Source: Candidatus Daviesbacteria bacterium GW2011_GWA1_41_61 (GTDB taxonomy: Bacteria; Patescibacteriota; Microgenomatia; Daviesbacterales; UBA10151). From it: 64,000 nt of DNA. Every line of letters begins with the position of its first letter. Position 1 is the first letter of the stretch. The stretch is taken from assembly GCA_000997385.1 (NCBI GenBank), contig LCBT01000001.1, positions 243,663-307,662 of the forward strand, written 5' to 3'. Made by a program: the position numbers and the translations under genes. Below the pieces are notes generated by a model that ran no database searches, was not told where the DNA came from, and was given only the letters and a program-made list of their open reading frames with translations. Below are positions 29,145 to 39,303 of the stretch, one piece after another.

Positions 29145-31913
29145 CTAACACATTGAATAACCACAGCTGTGGCACTTTTTGCACCCCTCCTCAAAGACAA
29201 AGGTGGCTTGGCCGCAGTCCGGACAAAGGTCAGCTATCTGTTTTATAGGCTTAGATAAACCCTCCCCCAACTCAACTGAAAAAGGCAAGCTCTGTGGTTG
29301 AATATCAGCCTGTCCGTCAGAGACCAAATCAAGAGGCAGGGTTTCTGGTCTCTCTTCCTCTCCTCTTGTCTGCAAATGAGCTAACTCTTCAGCTAAGGCT
29401 TTAGCGATAGCATCAGCCAAACTCATCACCCTCTCCTTACCAAAACCTATCTGAGACGCTCCACCAATCCCCCGCAGTTGACTGACAATTTTTTGAGCAA
29501 TCGTCCGGGAGTTAGGGCGGGAAACCCGCAACGCCAAAGAAATCATCCTTCCTAAGGCTTCAGCATCTGCCGAAGTATGCATTCCTGCCTTACCAATGGT
29601 CACAAAAACTTCAAAAGGGTGGTCTTTGTCATCTCTGTTGATAGTCACAAAAGCTTCACCTACCGGAGTATTTATCTTATAAGTCCTGCCCCGTAAAATC
29701 ATCGGCCTCTGGCTTATTGTACCCTGTGTTTCTAGTGCTGGTGTTTCTACCGATAACTCAGACAATTTAACACCGCCTCCCCCCGATAACTGATCGTAGT
29801 AAGATTTATCTTTTTTGACCTCAAGAATCTGCTTTTTCCTTGAACCGTCCCGGTAGATGGTTATTCCCTTACAACCCGTTTCATAAACCATCATATAAGC
29901 GTTTCTTACGTCATCTATCGTCGCCTCATGGGCAAAGTTGATGGTTTTGGAGATAGCGTTATCCACATGCTTTTGAAAAGCCGCCTGAACTTTAATATGC
30001 CACTGGGGGGCAATATCATGCGCTACCACAAAAACTTGCTGCCACTTTAAAGGCACCTCTGTCAAACCTTGAACAGACCCATGATTCTGTTCAATCTTTT
30101 CTAACAATTCTTCTGAGTAAAAACCCTCTTCCTGAGCTACTTTTAGAAAGAAAAGATTAGTATTAAATAGCCTTTTACCTTCAATGGTATTTTTGGCATA
30201 AGAGATACCAAAGTAGGGTTCAATACCCGAGGAGCAATCAGCCAACATAGCAGTAGTCCCGGTTGGAGCAATGGTGGTGATGGCGCCATTTCTTAACCTT
30301 AAGGCTTCTCCCCGAAAATAGGGACTATGAGGATCATAAATAGACCCCTCCCAAGAGAGGAAAACACCCCTTGTTTTAGCAAGCTCCTGACTAGCTATTT
30401 TAGCTTGTTGTTGAATATACTCCATCACACTATCTGCTATTTTTAACCCTTCTTCTGTGTTATAACCAATTTGCAGTTGGACCAACATATCTGCCCAACC
30501 CATCACTCCCAAACCGATCCTCCTGATTTTTCTTGTCATCTCATTGATAGCGGAAATGGGATATCTGTTCATATCCAAAACGTTGTCTAAAAAATGAGTA
30601 ACGGCTTGAACCGTCTCCCCAAGCCCTTCCCAATCAATCACTCCTTCACGCACAAATTTACCCACATTGACTGCCCCCAAAGTACAAGCATCATAGGGTA
30701 AAAGCGGCTGTTCCCCGCAAGGATTGGTCGCCTCAATCATCCCCAAGCCAGGAGTAGGATTGGCATTAGAGTTATTAATTCTATCAATAATAATCATCCC
30801 TGGATCACCGTAATGCCAAGCCAACTGAGTGATGAGCAGAAAAACTTTTTTAGCGTTTAGACGGTCGGTTACCTTTCCAGTTCGAGGGTTAATCAACTCA
30901 TAACCCTCATCTTCCTCTGTCGCTCTCACTAAGTCGTACAACATCTTCACACCGTCTTCGACTTTTTTTAATTTTAAGTCAACATCACGGATCGCTTGAG
31001 CTGCCTTTATCTGGTCAATAACCTCTTCCCAAGCAGGTTCTGTTTCGACATACGCACTATCTTTTTTAATTTGCTTCATCCAGTCTTCGGTCACCGACAC
31101 AGAAATATTAAAGTTAGTCAGGGAAAATTCATCAACTTTCATCACCGCAAAGCGCAAGATGTCAGGATGGGTAATATGAATTATCCCCATATTGGCCCCA
31201 CGCCGTACTCCTCCTTGCTTCACCTGTGAAGTTACATCGTTATATGCTTGCAAAAAGGAAATTGGACCCACGGTAGTACCGCCGGAAGAGTTGATGATAT
31301 CACCATATGGACGGAGTCTGGAAAAAGAAAATCCGGTACCACCCCCCGATTTATGAATCATCACCATATCCACCAGAGTTTGAGCTATTGATCTCATATC
31401 ATCTTCTATAGGTAAAACAAAACAAGCCGAGAGTTGCTGCATTAATTTACCAGCATTTAACATGGTAGGAGTATTGGGGATAAACTTCTGCAAGGCCATG
31501 ATGTGGTAAAACTGCTTGGCATAGGAGATCATCTGCTCCTTGTTGGGATTAAACTGCAAGTCGGCAGCAGCAATATTGTAAGCTACCCGCCAAAACATCT
31601 CTTTAGCAGATTCAATCGGCTCGCTTTGATCATTTCTTCTGGCATACCTAGTCTTGCCAATATAAAGAGCAGTTTCCGAAAGCTGAGGCTCAGGAAGATC
31701 CTCTAAAACAGCGGGAATATCTTTTCCTATTTCCCAAACTTGTTCCCGGCTATAAAGGGCTGGTTTAGAATGAAGACCGTTGTGTTTAACACCGTTACCC
31801 TTTCCGTCACCTCGAATTTTAGCAGATCCTTGGGTACTTGGGGATATTTGTAAATTAGTACTGGTATTTTGCTGAACTTTTTTAGTAGATGTTCTCATAT
31901 ACAAACCTTTCAA
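29145..31913 (-). CDS. nrdJ: Class II (adenosylcobalamin-dependent) ribonucleoside-triphosphate/diphosphate reductase
   Basis: 922 aa. RNR catalytic core (…NPCGEQPL…), and a C-terminal Cys4 zinc ribbon CPDCGQATFVFEEGCKKCHSCGYSMC. Confidence 0.85.
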   Translation of the reverse strand: MKGLYMRTSTKKVQQNTSTNLQISPSTQGSAKIRGDGKGNGVKHNGLHSKPALYSREQVWEIGKDIPAVLEDLPEPQLSETALYIGKTRYARRNDQSEPIESAKEMFWRVAYNIAAADLQFNPNKEQMISYAKQFYHIMALQKFIPNTPTMLNAGKLMQQLSACFVLPIEDDMRSIAQTLVDMVMIHKSGGGTGFSFSRLRPYGDIINSSGGTTVGPISFLQAYNDVTSQVKQGGVRRGANMGIIHITHPDILRFAVMKVDEFSLTNFNISVSVTEDWMKQIKKDSAYVETEPAWEEVIDQIKAAQAIRDVDLKLKKVEDGVKMLYDLVRATEEDEGYELINPRTGKVTDRLNAKKVFLLITQLAWHYGDPGMIIIDRINNSNANPTPGLGMIEATNPCGEQPLLPYDACTLGAVNVGKFVREGVIDWEGLGETVQAVTHFLDNVLDMNRYPISAINEMTRKIRRIGLGVMGWADMLVQLQIGYNTEEGLKIADSVMEYIQQQAKIASQELAKTRGVFLSWEGSIYDPHSPYFRGEALRLRNGAITTIAPTGTTAMLADCSSGIEPYFGISYAKNTIEGKRLFNTNLFFLKVAQEEGFYSEELLEKIEQNHGSVQGLTEVPLKWQQVFVVAHDIAPQWHIKVQAAFQKHVDNAISKTINFAHEATIDDVRNAYMMVYETGCKGITIYRDGSRKKQILEVKKDKSYYDQLSGGGGVKLSELSVETPALETQGTISQRPMILRGRTYKINTPVGEAFVTINRDDKDHPFEVFVTIGKAGMHTSADAEALGRMISLALRVSRPNSRTIAQKIVSQLRGIGGASQIGFGKERVMSLADAIAKALAEELAHLQTRGEEERPETLPLDLVSDGQADIQPQSLPFSVELGEGLSKPIKQIADLCPDCGQATFVFEEGCKKCHSCGYSMC

Positions 31914-32356
31914 CTTACCAAAGACCTAACCTCTTTGGTAAAATCTTCTGGTTGTTCAAATTGGCGGTAGACGCTGGCAAAACGCAGATAAGCCACCATA
32001 TCCAGCTTCTTAAGCTCTGAAAGCACCATCCGTCCAATACTTTTAGTTGTCACTTCCTGGCCTCTTTTGGCCCTAATCTTTCTTTCTATTTTATTGGTTA
32101 AATCATCAACCAAACTCAAACTTGGCCTTTTCTCTAAAGCCTTAGCCAGTCCGGCCCTAATTTTTTCTTTATTGAAAGGTTCTCTTCTCCCATCCTTTTT
32201 AATGACTAAAAACTCTAAATTGCCTATCCTTTCATAAGTAGTAAAACGCCGGCTGCACTTTAAACATTCACGCCTTCGCCTGATCTCACCTAAGCCTTTA
32301 ACGGCTCTTTTATCCACTACTTTATTTAAGGGGCTATCACAAAAAGGACACCTCAT
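31910..32356 (-). CDS. nrdR: Transcriptional repressor NrdR
   Basis: N-terminal zinc ribbon CPFC…CLKC plus an ATP-cone. 4-nt overlap with nrdJ. Confidence 0.9.
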   Translation of the reverse strand: MRCPFCDSPLNKVVDKRAVKGLGEIRRRRECLKCSRRFTTYERIGNLEFLVIKKDGRREPFNKEKIRAGLAKALEKRPSLSLVDDLTNKIERKIRAKRGQEVTTKSIGRMVLSELKKLDMVAYLRFASVYRQFEQPEDFTKEVRSLVS

Positions 32357-32442
32357 CTCCTATCATATACAATCTCTTGTATGATGCTCACTCAGTTAAA
32401 CAACATACATAGCTTAACATGTTTCATAGGTGAGTCGTCAAG

Positions 32443-32458
32443 ACACTATATATTGGAT
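32443..32458. promoter_or_regulatory. Candidate NrdR box upstream of nrdR-nrdJ
   Basis: ACACTATATATTGGAT against the consensus acaCwAtATaTwGtgt (partial palindrome), about 90 nt upstream of the nrdR start. Confidence 0.25.
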
Positions 32459-33189
32459 AAACTGCCAATACTTACTTTCCTCATTACATCCCCAACCTCA
32501 ATTTTTTCCACCACCTCCATACCGGAAATAACCTTACCAAAAATGGTGTATTGAGGAGGCAGAGGCTTGTCTTCCAACATAATAAAAAACTGCGAGCCAT
32601 TGGTGTTGGGTCCAGCATTAGCCATGGCTACTATACCTTTGGAGTACGGCTTAGTTACCGGTTCATCCTCAAACCTATATCCTGGTCCCCCTGTCCCATT
32701 TCCCAAAGGATCCCCTCCTTGAATAACAAATCTCGGTTCCACCCGGTGAAAGGTCAAGCCGTTATAAAAACCGTCTTCAATCAAAAAAATAAAGTTGGAG
32801 GCAGCTTTGGGAGAGTCAGTAAAGATTTCAAACTCAATCATTCCCTTGTCAGTTTCAATAACAGCCTTTTTATTGTTTAGCCTCTCCAAAGATAAAACCC
32901 CGGGAAATTGTTGATATTGCTTAATCATCTTTCTAGTTGGCGATAAATCCTCAGCTGGTATTGGCTGATTGTCAGCCGCGTTTCTTCCTGGGTTAAATTG
33001 TTTCTCTCCTCCTTTTATACGTAAATCTTCTTGAGCAGGAGTAGGTGAAGGATCCATTTTGACGCTTTCTTTAAAAGCGCTTACTCCCGCCCATCCTAAA
33101 CCCGCTATAATTATACCCACAAAGATAACTATGAAGGGCCTTTGGTTCATCAGTCTTAATATATACCACATAAATAAAACACACTGCAA
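32446..33189 (-). CDS. Cyclophilin-type peptidyl-prolyl cis-trans isomerase (membrane-anchored/secreted)
   Basis: Cyclophilin signature FHRVEPRFVIQGGDP. N-terminal TM helix. Confidence 0.85.
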   Translation of the reverse strand: MQCVLFMWYILRLMNQRPFIVIFVGIIIAGLGWAGVSAFKESVKMDPSPTPAQEDLRIKGGEKQFNPGRNAADNQPIPAEDLSPTRKMIKQYQQFPGVLSLERLNNKKAVIETDKGMIEFEIFTDSPKAASNFIFLIEDGFYNGLTFHRVEPRFVIQGGDPLGNGTGGPGYRFEDEPVTKPYSKGIVAMANAGPNTNGSQFFIMLEDKPLPPQYTIFGKVISGMEVVEKIEVGDVMRKVSIGSLSNI

Positions 33190-33269
33190 CCTCTTGCCAA
33201 TTTCTTACCGTCTTTTCACTGTTATTTGAGCTCGGATAGTTACTATAAACCTTCAAAGGGGGTGAGAAT

Positions 33270-33398
33270 ATGGCAAGAAAAGGTCGGAGTGGAAGCCGTG
33301 ATAAAAAACAGCAGAGGGAAAGGTCTACTAAAGAAAAAAGTAGAGATAAATCCGGGAAGATAAACCAAACTCTCAAGGATTGGATGGACCTTGGGTAA
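33270..33398 (+). CDS. Unannotated 42-aa Lys/Arg-rich small protein
   Basis: Strong SD AAAGGGGGTGA located 7 nt upstream of ATG 33270. Sequence MARKGRSGSRDKKQQRERSTKEKSRDKSGKINQTLKDWMDLG. Confidence 0.35.
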   Translation: MARKGRSGSRDKKQQRERSTKEKSRDKSGKINQTLKDWMDLG

Positions 33399-33403
33399 AC
33401 AAT

Positions 33404-34369
33404 CTAGTTACCAGCTCCCAGTTTAGCAAAGGAATAGTCCAAAAGAAGTTTAGCTTCGGCTCTTCTGTCCTGAGAATTTAACAGCACACCTAAAATTTGC
33501 TGTCCCTGCCTTCTTGCTAAAGTTACCAGGGTTAGACCAGCCAAGGGTGTATAGCCTGTTTTAAGACCCAGCACACCGGGATAAGTAGTCAGTAAGTTAA
33601 TCCCGGAGTAAAGATCATAATCTTGATGGGTGGAAGTTTTAGGGATATAGCGGTGGTAAGTGCTGGAGATCTCCACTAAAGAGGGAAATTGCTTGATGGC
33701 ATAGCGGCTCATCAAGGCCACATCAAAAGCTGTGGAATACTGCTCTTTGTCATCTTCCTCAAGACCGGAAGGATTTATAAAAAGCGTGTCTTTCATCCCC
33801 AGCTGAAGAGTTTTTTTATTCATAGCCGGGATAAATTCATCCCGGTTACCCAAAACACCTTCAGCCAAAGCTTCAGATGCATCATTCCCGGAAACTAAAA
33901 ACATCCCATACAATAGCTCTTCCACTGCCAATATCTCTCCCTGCCGAAGATCCATTCTATCCGGCTCCATCCCGGCTGCATAAGGGCTGACTGTTATCTC
34001 CTCATCAAAGGAAGTATTTTCCAAGGCAACAATGGCTGTCATAATCTTTACCAGCGAGGCAATGGGGAGTTTCTGATGGGAATTTTTTTGATAAAGCACC
34101 TCCCCGTTTTCCGTATCGACAAAATAGGCCGCTTGAGCAGTAATCTCAGGGAGATCATCTTCTTGAGAGGTAGCTGAAGCTTTAGGAAACCATAAATTTA
34201 AGGCCATCCGGGGAGTAAAAGAGAGCGGAGAAACTAAACTGCCGCTAGGCTGCAAAACAAACGGTAGGTGGATCATTAAAACCATGAATCCCACAACAGA
34301 AACAGTTAAAAGAATCTTTTTAAACATAACTTTAAACATAACCAGGATGAGTTGGTAAAAATATAGCAT
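33404..34369 (-). CDS. D-alanyl-D-alanine carboxypeptidase (serine-type, PBP5-like)
   Basis: SxxK (ASLVK), SxN (SGND) and KTG (KTGYT) motifs. N-terminal TM helix. Confidence 0.8.
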   Translation of the reverse strand: MLYFYQLILVMFKVMFKKILLTVSVVGFMVLMIHLPFVLQPSGSLVSPLSFTPRMALNLWFPKASATSQEDDLPEITAQAAYFVDTENGEVLYQKNSHQKLPIASLVKIMTAIVALENTSFDEEITVSPYAAGMEPDRMDLRQGEILAVEELLYGMFLVSGNDASEALAEGVLGNRDEFIPAMNKKTLQLGMKDTLFINPSGLEEDDKEQYSTAFDVALMSRYAIKQFPSLVEISSTYHRYIPKTSTHQDYDLYSGINLLTTYPGVLGLKTGYTPLAGLTLVTLARRQGQQILGVLLNSQDRRAEAKLLLDYSFAKLGAGN

Positions 34370-34414
34370 AATCCTGCCGTCTTGACTAACTAAAGCAATA
34401 ACTCCACAATTTAG

Positions 34415-35125
34415 GTGATGCCCAAGCTTCTGCCCGTTCTTTTAGCTATAGCAGTATTTTTAACTGCGGTTTACTTTTCTCTACCGTTTAGCCGAGAGAT
34501 TGTCTACAAGCTGGGTATAGACAACGACCCAACTACTTCCTGTTGTCAGGAAGAAGAAATTTTACAAGCCAGCGGGGAGTTTGATGAAGAGGCTAATTTA
34601 GCCATCTTTAATAATCAGATTATAGATTATCCTAAAACTTCTTTAGCCCAAAGCCTGCTTATCCCTTCTTATGCTAAAACAGATGTTTTAGGGACCAAAA
34701 ATGAGGCAGGGGAAGACAAATGGATCGAGGTTTCTTTAAGAGAACAGAAACTGCGGGCTTGGGAAGGGAGTAGAATAGTCAGGGAATTTCTTATCTCCTC
34801 CGGGAAATGGGCTCCTACCCCAGAAGGGGATTATGCTATTTGGTATAAAACCAGAAACCAAACTATGAAAGGGGGGTCAAAGGAGTTAGGCACTTATTAT
34901 TACCTGCCCAATGTTCCCTACAATATGTTTTTCTATAAAGGTTATGCTGTCCATGGGGCTTACTGGCACAACAACTTTGGGCAACCGATGAGTCATGGGT
35001 GTGTTAACTCCCCCATCTCAGAGGTAGCCTGGGTCTTTGATTGGTCAGGCCCGGTAGTTCCTCCAGGGAAAAATTATGTTAAAGCCTCAGCAGAAAACCC
35101 CGGCACCAGGGTTTTTATCCACTAA
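34415..35125 (+). CDS. L,D-transpeptidase (YkuD domain)
   Basis: Catalytic SHGCVN motif, and a TM anchor. Confidence 0.8.
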   Translation: MMPKLLPVLLAIAVFLTAVYFSLPFSREIVYKLGIDNDPTTSCCQEEEILQASGEFDEEANLAIFNNQIIDYPKTSLAQSLLIPSYAKTDVLGTKNEAGEDKWIEVSLREQKLRAWEGSRIVREFLISSGKWAPTPEGDYAIWYKTRNQTMKGGSKELGTYYYLPNVPYNMFFYKGYAVHGAYWHNNFGQPMSHGCVNSPISEVAWVFDWSGPVVPPGKNYVKASAENPGTRVFIH

Positions 35126-35127
35126 AC

Positions 35128-35784
35128 TTACTCCTCTAACTGGGCGTCGAGTTTGGATTTGAAATCATCATAGGGTAAAACCCCGGGGTATCTTTGATCA
35201 TTGATAAAAAAAGTGGGGGTAGAGTTAACTTGTAAGGTTAGCCCATCCTGTCTGTCTCTTTCAATCTTAGTATTATACTTACCACTTTCTATATCAGCTT
35301 TAAATTTGTCTGTATCTAACCCTAAATCTTTGGCATATCCTACAAACAACTCTGGGGCATTATCTTTACCGCTCCACTCCTCTTGAGTAGTAAAAAGCCT
35401 ATCCTGCATCTCCCAAAATTTCCCCTGTTCCCCGGCTGCTTCAGCTGCCTTAATAGCAATTAAAGCTTTAGTGTGTTGAGGAAGTGGGAAATGACGATAG
35501 ACAAACCTGATCCTGCCTTTGTACTCCTCCAAAATCTTTTTGGTAATAGGATGGGCAGCGGCACAAGCTGGACACTCCAAATCGGAAAACTCTACCACTG
35601 TGACTTTGGCCGAGTCAGAGGAAATTTGATAGCTGTCATCTTTATTTAAAGCTCCTAAAACATTACTATCGACCTGGGTTTTAGTAGCCGGGGAAGAGGA
35701 TTTGCCCAAAAAGAAAATACCGCCCACAGTCAAGATAGCAGTGACTCCAAAAATAACTAAAAGGATCTTGATTTCTTGTGTCAT
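35128..35784 (-). CDS. DsbA-family thiol:disulfide oxidoreductase
   Basis: Thioredoxin fold with CPAC active site. N-terminal TM helix. Confidence 0.8.
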   Translation of the reverse strand: MTQEIKILLVIFGVTAILTVGGIFFLGKSSSPATKTQVDSNVLGALNKDDSYQISSDSAKVTVVEFSDLECPACAAAHPITKKILEEYKGRIRFVYRHFPLPQHTKALIAIKAAEAAGEQGKFWEMQDRLFTTQEEWSGKDNAPELFVGYAKDLGLDTDKFKADIESGKYNTKIERDRQDGLTLQVNSTPTFFINDQRYPGVLPYDDFKSKLDAQLEE

Positions 35785-36206
35785 CTTTTTGAATTTAGCC
35801 TAGTATATAATATCACAAAACCTATAATAAATGCAAATGACAGGAGGGACAAAAAGGGAAAATCAATAAACCCTAGTAAATTCAAATACCGAGTAGTACA
35901 AGAAACTCCAAAAGTACAAGGAGTAGCGCTTTCAGGAATAAAACCTGCCTGAAGTAAGACCTGATAAAAAGCTACCAAAGCTCCGAAGATAGCTAAAGGA
36001 AAAACATACAAAGGTAAATTTTTGTCTTTCTTTAAGATGCCTACGATAAGTATAGGGATTAAAGGATACATGGCTACTCTTTGATACCAACACAAAACAC
36101 AAGGGGCAAACTTTAACACCTCGCTGGCATAAAGGCTGCCTAAAGTTGCCATTAAAGCCTGGATCAATGCCAGATAAAGGAGATTTTGCCTCAGCCACTT
36201 TTTCAT
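35781..36206 (-). CDS. Disulfide bond formation protein DsbB/BdbC
   Basis: 4 TM helices with a CVLCWYQR cysteine pair. 4-nt overlap with the DsbA-like gene. Confidence 0.75.
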   Translation of the reverse strand: MKKWLRQNLLYLALIQALMATLGSLYASEVLKFAPCVLCWYQRVAMYPLIPILIVGILKKDKNLPLYVFPLAIFGALVAFYQVLLQAGFIPESATPCTFGVSCTTRYLNLLGFIDFPFLSLLSFAFIIGFVILYTRLNSKR

Positions 36207-36209
36207 AGA

Positions 36210-37184
36210 TCAAAGGATAATTGTCGCAACTGTAAAGTAAATCGTCAAGCTGACTAAATATTGGATAGCGGTAGTAAAAGGTCCGCTGCCAACCGCCGGA
36301 TCTTTACCTAACCTATTTAAAACAGTTGGAATGACACAGGCTAAGGTGGTAGCAAAGCTGATGGAGAGAAACAATGACAGTCCTACCACTAAAGCCACAG
36401 AAGATGACTGAGACAGAAGATAGGCAAAAACAGCGCTTAACAACCCTATGATAGAGCCAATCACCCCACCTACAAAAAGTTCTCGAAACAAATAGTTTAA
36501 AATTTTAAATCTGAGTAAAGTAAGTGAACGGATAAAAATTGTCTCCGTTTGAGTACCTACCGCATCAGAAATATACCCAATAATAGGAATAAAGAATACC
36601 AGGGCAATGTTTTCCCTTAAAGATACCTCAAAAAGGCTGATTACAAAACTGGCAGTCAGACCAATCGCCAGTCCTACCACCAGCCAGGGTATTCTCACTT
36701 TAACCAAATTCCAAATCCCTAAATTCATCAAATTAGCTAGGGAAAAACCTTTTCCTCTGATACCGGAAAAACGCAGGAAATCTTCCAGGTGTTCTGAGTG
36801 TAAAACATCAATAATTTTTTGGGCAGTAATCACTCCATAAAAATGATGATGTTTGTCAACCACCGGAATAGACTGAAGATCATTTTTAACAGCTTCGGCC
36901 GCTACCCGCTCTTGATCAACCTCAGGGTCAACTATTGCCTTAGGTCTCTCCATCAGCAAGCTCAAAATCTGATGTCCTCTAGCTGACAGCAGCTTAGATA
37001 AAGGAATTATCCCCAGAAGGTGGCCCTCCTCAGACAGAACATAAATAATATGAACTTCATCCCAATCCTTTTGAGCCAGATGTTTTAATACTTCAGCAAC
37101 ATGGGAATCACCTCTGGCTATAGGAATATTGGTAGTAACCAGTAAGCCAGCTGTTTCTTTTGCAAAGTTAATCAATTTATCCAT
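36210..37184 (-). CDS. mgtE: Magnesium transporter MgtE (CBS pair plus TM domain)
   Basis: CBS domains followed by the MgtE TM region (…GIAIGLTASFVISLFE…). Confidence 0.75.
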   Translation of the reverse strand: MDKLINFAKETAGLLVTTNIPIARGDSHVAEVLKHLAQKDWDEVHIIYVLSEEGHLLGIIPLSKLLSARGHQILSLLMERPKAIVDPEVDQERVAAEAVKNDLQSIPVVDKHHHFYGVITAQKIIDVLHSEHLEDFLRFSGIRGKGFSLANLMNLGIWNLVKVRIPWLVVGLAIGLTASFVISLFEVSLRENIALVFFIPIIGYISDAVGTQTETIFIRSLTLLRFKILNYLFRELFVGGVIGSIIGLLSAVFAYLLSQSSSVALVVGLSLFLSISFATTLACVIPTVLNRLGKDPAVGSGPFTTAIQYLVSLTIYFTVATIIL

Positions 37185-37187
37185 ACA

Positions 37188-38051
37188 TTAAATTTTGTTC
37201 ACTGAGCCAAAAACCTCTATCTTATGTTCGACAACTTTTTGCACCTCTGCTACTACCGGGCCCTCCAGCTTATATATTGCATATTCAGAAGGATTATTCT
37301 TTAAAACCTCTTCTAATTTATGACGGAAAGCCTGACGGATTTCAGTATTAACATTGACTTTAATAACTCCCCGCGCTATAGCATCTTTCACCTGTTCATC
37401 AGGGATTCCTGAACCTCCATGAAGAGAGAAAAAGGTTTTGGGTAAAATACCGGCTAAACTTTCTAAAACAGCCAGATGTAAGTTTTCTCCTCCCTCTTCA
37501 AAGACCCCATGGACATTACCAAAAAAGGCTGCCAAAACATCCGCTCCTGTCAGCTCAATAAACTCTCTGGCTTTCCCGGGATCAGTAAATTTACTGCCTT
37601 TCATCTCTTCTTGTGCAGAACCACTATGGACCTCGGAAGAACCAACTATATGATCCATTTCTACCTCTACTACCAGACCTTTTTGATGAGCCAGCTCCGT
37701 TATCTTTTGAGCCAGTTGTAAATTTTCTTCATAGGGAAGATTGGAGCCGTCAAAATGAATCAAATCAAAACCTAAATCTATAGCCTGTTGGCAATCTACA
37801 AAACTCTCAGCATGATCTAAATTAACCAGAATTGGTATCTCATACATTAAAGAAAAGTTGTGGGCTAAATCGACTACATTTTTCATCCCCAGCCAGGAAG
37901 TTTCCCCGGGGGAAACTTCAATAATCACCGGGGATCTTTTTTTTGAGGCAGCCTGGGCAATAGCTTTAAAGGTTTCAATACTGCCTACATTAAAGGCCCC
38001 TAAAGCCCACTTCTCCTCTTTGGCTTTTTGCAACCACTCCCAGGCAGTCAT
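37188..38051 (-). CDS. fba: Class II fructose/tagatose-bisphosphate aldolase
   Basis: …VNLDHAESF…, HFDGS…, EMDHIVG…, LHGGSG motifs. Confidence 0.85.
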   Translation of the reverse strand: MTAWEWLQKAKEEKWALGAFNVGSIETFKAIAQAASKKRSPVIIEVSPGETSWLGMKNVVDLAHNFSLMYEIPILVNLDHAESFVDCQQAIDLGFDLIHFDGSNLPYEENLQLAQKITELAHQKGLVVEVEMDHIVGSSEVHSGSAQEEMKGSKFTDPGKAREFIELTGADVLAAFFGNVHGVFEEGGENLHLAVLESLAGILPKTFFSLHGGSGIPDEQVKDAIARGVIKVNVNTEIRQAFRHKLEEVLKNNPSEYAIYKLEGPVVAEVQKVVEHKIEVFGSVNKI

Positions 38052-38054
38052 AAA

Positions 38055-39035
38055 TTACTTCAGCTCCCTTGGTGTAATTTTGGAGTTTTCTTTTAATTTC
38101 TTCTGCAGTATATCGTAAGTCAAAAGTCCTGTCTGAGGACCAATTTGTTCCACAACTGATGCCCCGTTAGCTGCTCCCCACCTCATCGCTTCCTTTAGAT
38201 CCTTACCATAAAAAAGCCCTGCCAGAACTCCGGTAGCGAAAGAGTCGCCCGCTCCTGTCATATCCACAAGCTTGGCCGGAAAAATTTCCAATTTATAGTA
38301 CTCTTCCCCATCATACCCATAAGATCCTTCTACTCCATCAGTTACAACTAACATTTTAGGTCCCAGTTCCAATAAGGATTTAAGTAATTTTTTCATTTCC
38401 ACCCGCTTTCCGCTTTCTATCTTTAAAATCAACTCTGCCTCTTCTTTGTTAACAATTAAAAGTTTTGTCAAAGACAGTAGCCGAGGGAATTTTTTAATTC
38501 CATGCTGAAGTTCAAAAGTTCCCGGATTAAACATCAAAGCAGCTCCTGTTCTTTCCAAATAATTTTCTACCTGGGGAAAAAAGTTACTCTCCGATGCAGA
38601 CCTTCCCATAGAACTCAGATAAATCCAGCGGGATTTATCTAAATCCGGCAACTGATATTTAAAATCCTGATGGTAAGTTAATATTGTCCTTTCTCCGCGA
38701 AAACTGATTAAGGCTGAAACATTTGAATCCACACCTTCATTGACTACCACATATCTACTATCTACACCTTCTTCTTTTAACTCAGCCAAAATAAATTTGC
38801 CAGCCAAATCTGACCCAATATTTAAATAAATTGCAACTTTCAAGCCCAACCTCTTGGCTCCTACGGCATTATTGGAATTGTTGCCTCCCAAAATCTGGCG
38901 GTACTGCTCAACCGGCAGTTTATCCCCAAACTTAAGGCATAACTGCTCTCCGCTCTTCTCTTGCTCTAAATGGGCGTCACGGATTTTAAAGAAATGGTCA
39001 ACTGCAGCATCACCAATGGAGATTAAATCAAACAT
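38055..39035 (-). CDS. PfkB-family carbohydrate kinase
   Basis: N-terminal GG motif region and the C-terminal DMTGAGDSF ATP-binding signature. Confidence 0.8.
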   Translation of the reverse strand: MFDLISIGDAAVDHFFKIRDAHLEQEKSGEQLCLKFGDKLPVEQYRQILGGNNSNNAVGAKRLGLKVAIYLNIGSDLAGKFILAELKEEGVDSRYVVVNEGVDSNVSALISFRGERTILTYHQDFKYQLPDLDKSRWIYLSSMGRSASESNFFPQVENYLERTGAALMFNPGTFELQHGIKKFPRLLSLTKLLIVNKEEAELILKIESGKRVEMKKLLKSLLELGPKMLVVTDGVEGSYGYDGEEYYKLEIFPAKLVDMTGAGDSFATGVLAGLFYGKDLKEAMRWGAANGASVVEQIGPQTGLLTYDILQKKLKENSKITPRELK

Positions 39036-39040
39036 TAAAC

Positions 39041-39283
39041 TTAGTGTACAACAACTGAGGGCTTATAACCAAGGTTTTTGATAATTTCCAGCATTTTTTC
39101 TAACTCAACCTTCTCTTCATCAAACTCTACCTCAGCTATTTGTTTGGCATAGGAGGTTTTGGAAGATATAACTCCTTCTAAATCTTCCAGATCCATATCA
39201 ATAGACATTGCACAGGAAGTGCAGTGCATACCTTCAATTTTAATTGTTTTCTTAGTGATTTTAGCCATTTTAAAAGTTATCAA
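39041..39283 (-). CDS. copZ: Copper chaperone CopZ (HMA domain)
   Basis: GMHCTSC metal-binding motif, 80 aa. Confidence 0.85.
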   Translation of the reverse strand: MITFKMAKITKKTIKIEGMHCTSCAMSIDMDLEDLEGVISSKTSYAKQIAEVEFDEEKVELEKMLEIIKNLGYKPSVVVH

Positions 39284-39303
39284 TGTTACCTTACCCCTAC
39301 ACC

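Noticed and set aside
30996-31706. ORFs 30996-31229 and 31503-31706, both plus strand, inside nrdJ
   Set aside because: They are antisense to a strongly supported RNR gene.
33071-33376. 101-aa minus-strand ORF overlapping the PPIase start
   Set aside because: It overlaps the PPIase N-terminus and the plus-strand small ORF, has a hydrophobic low-complexity translation, and has no RBS.
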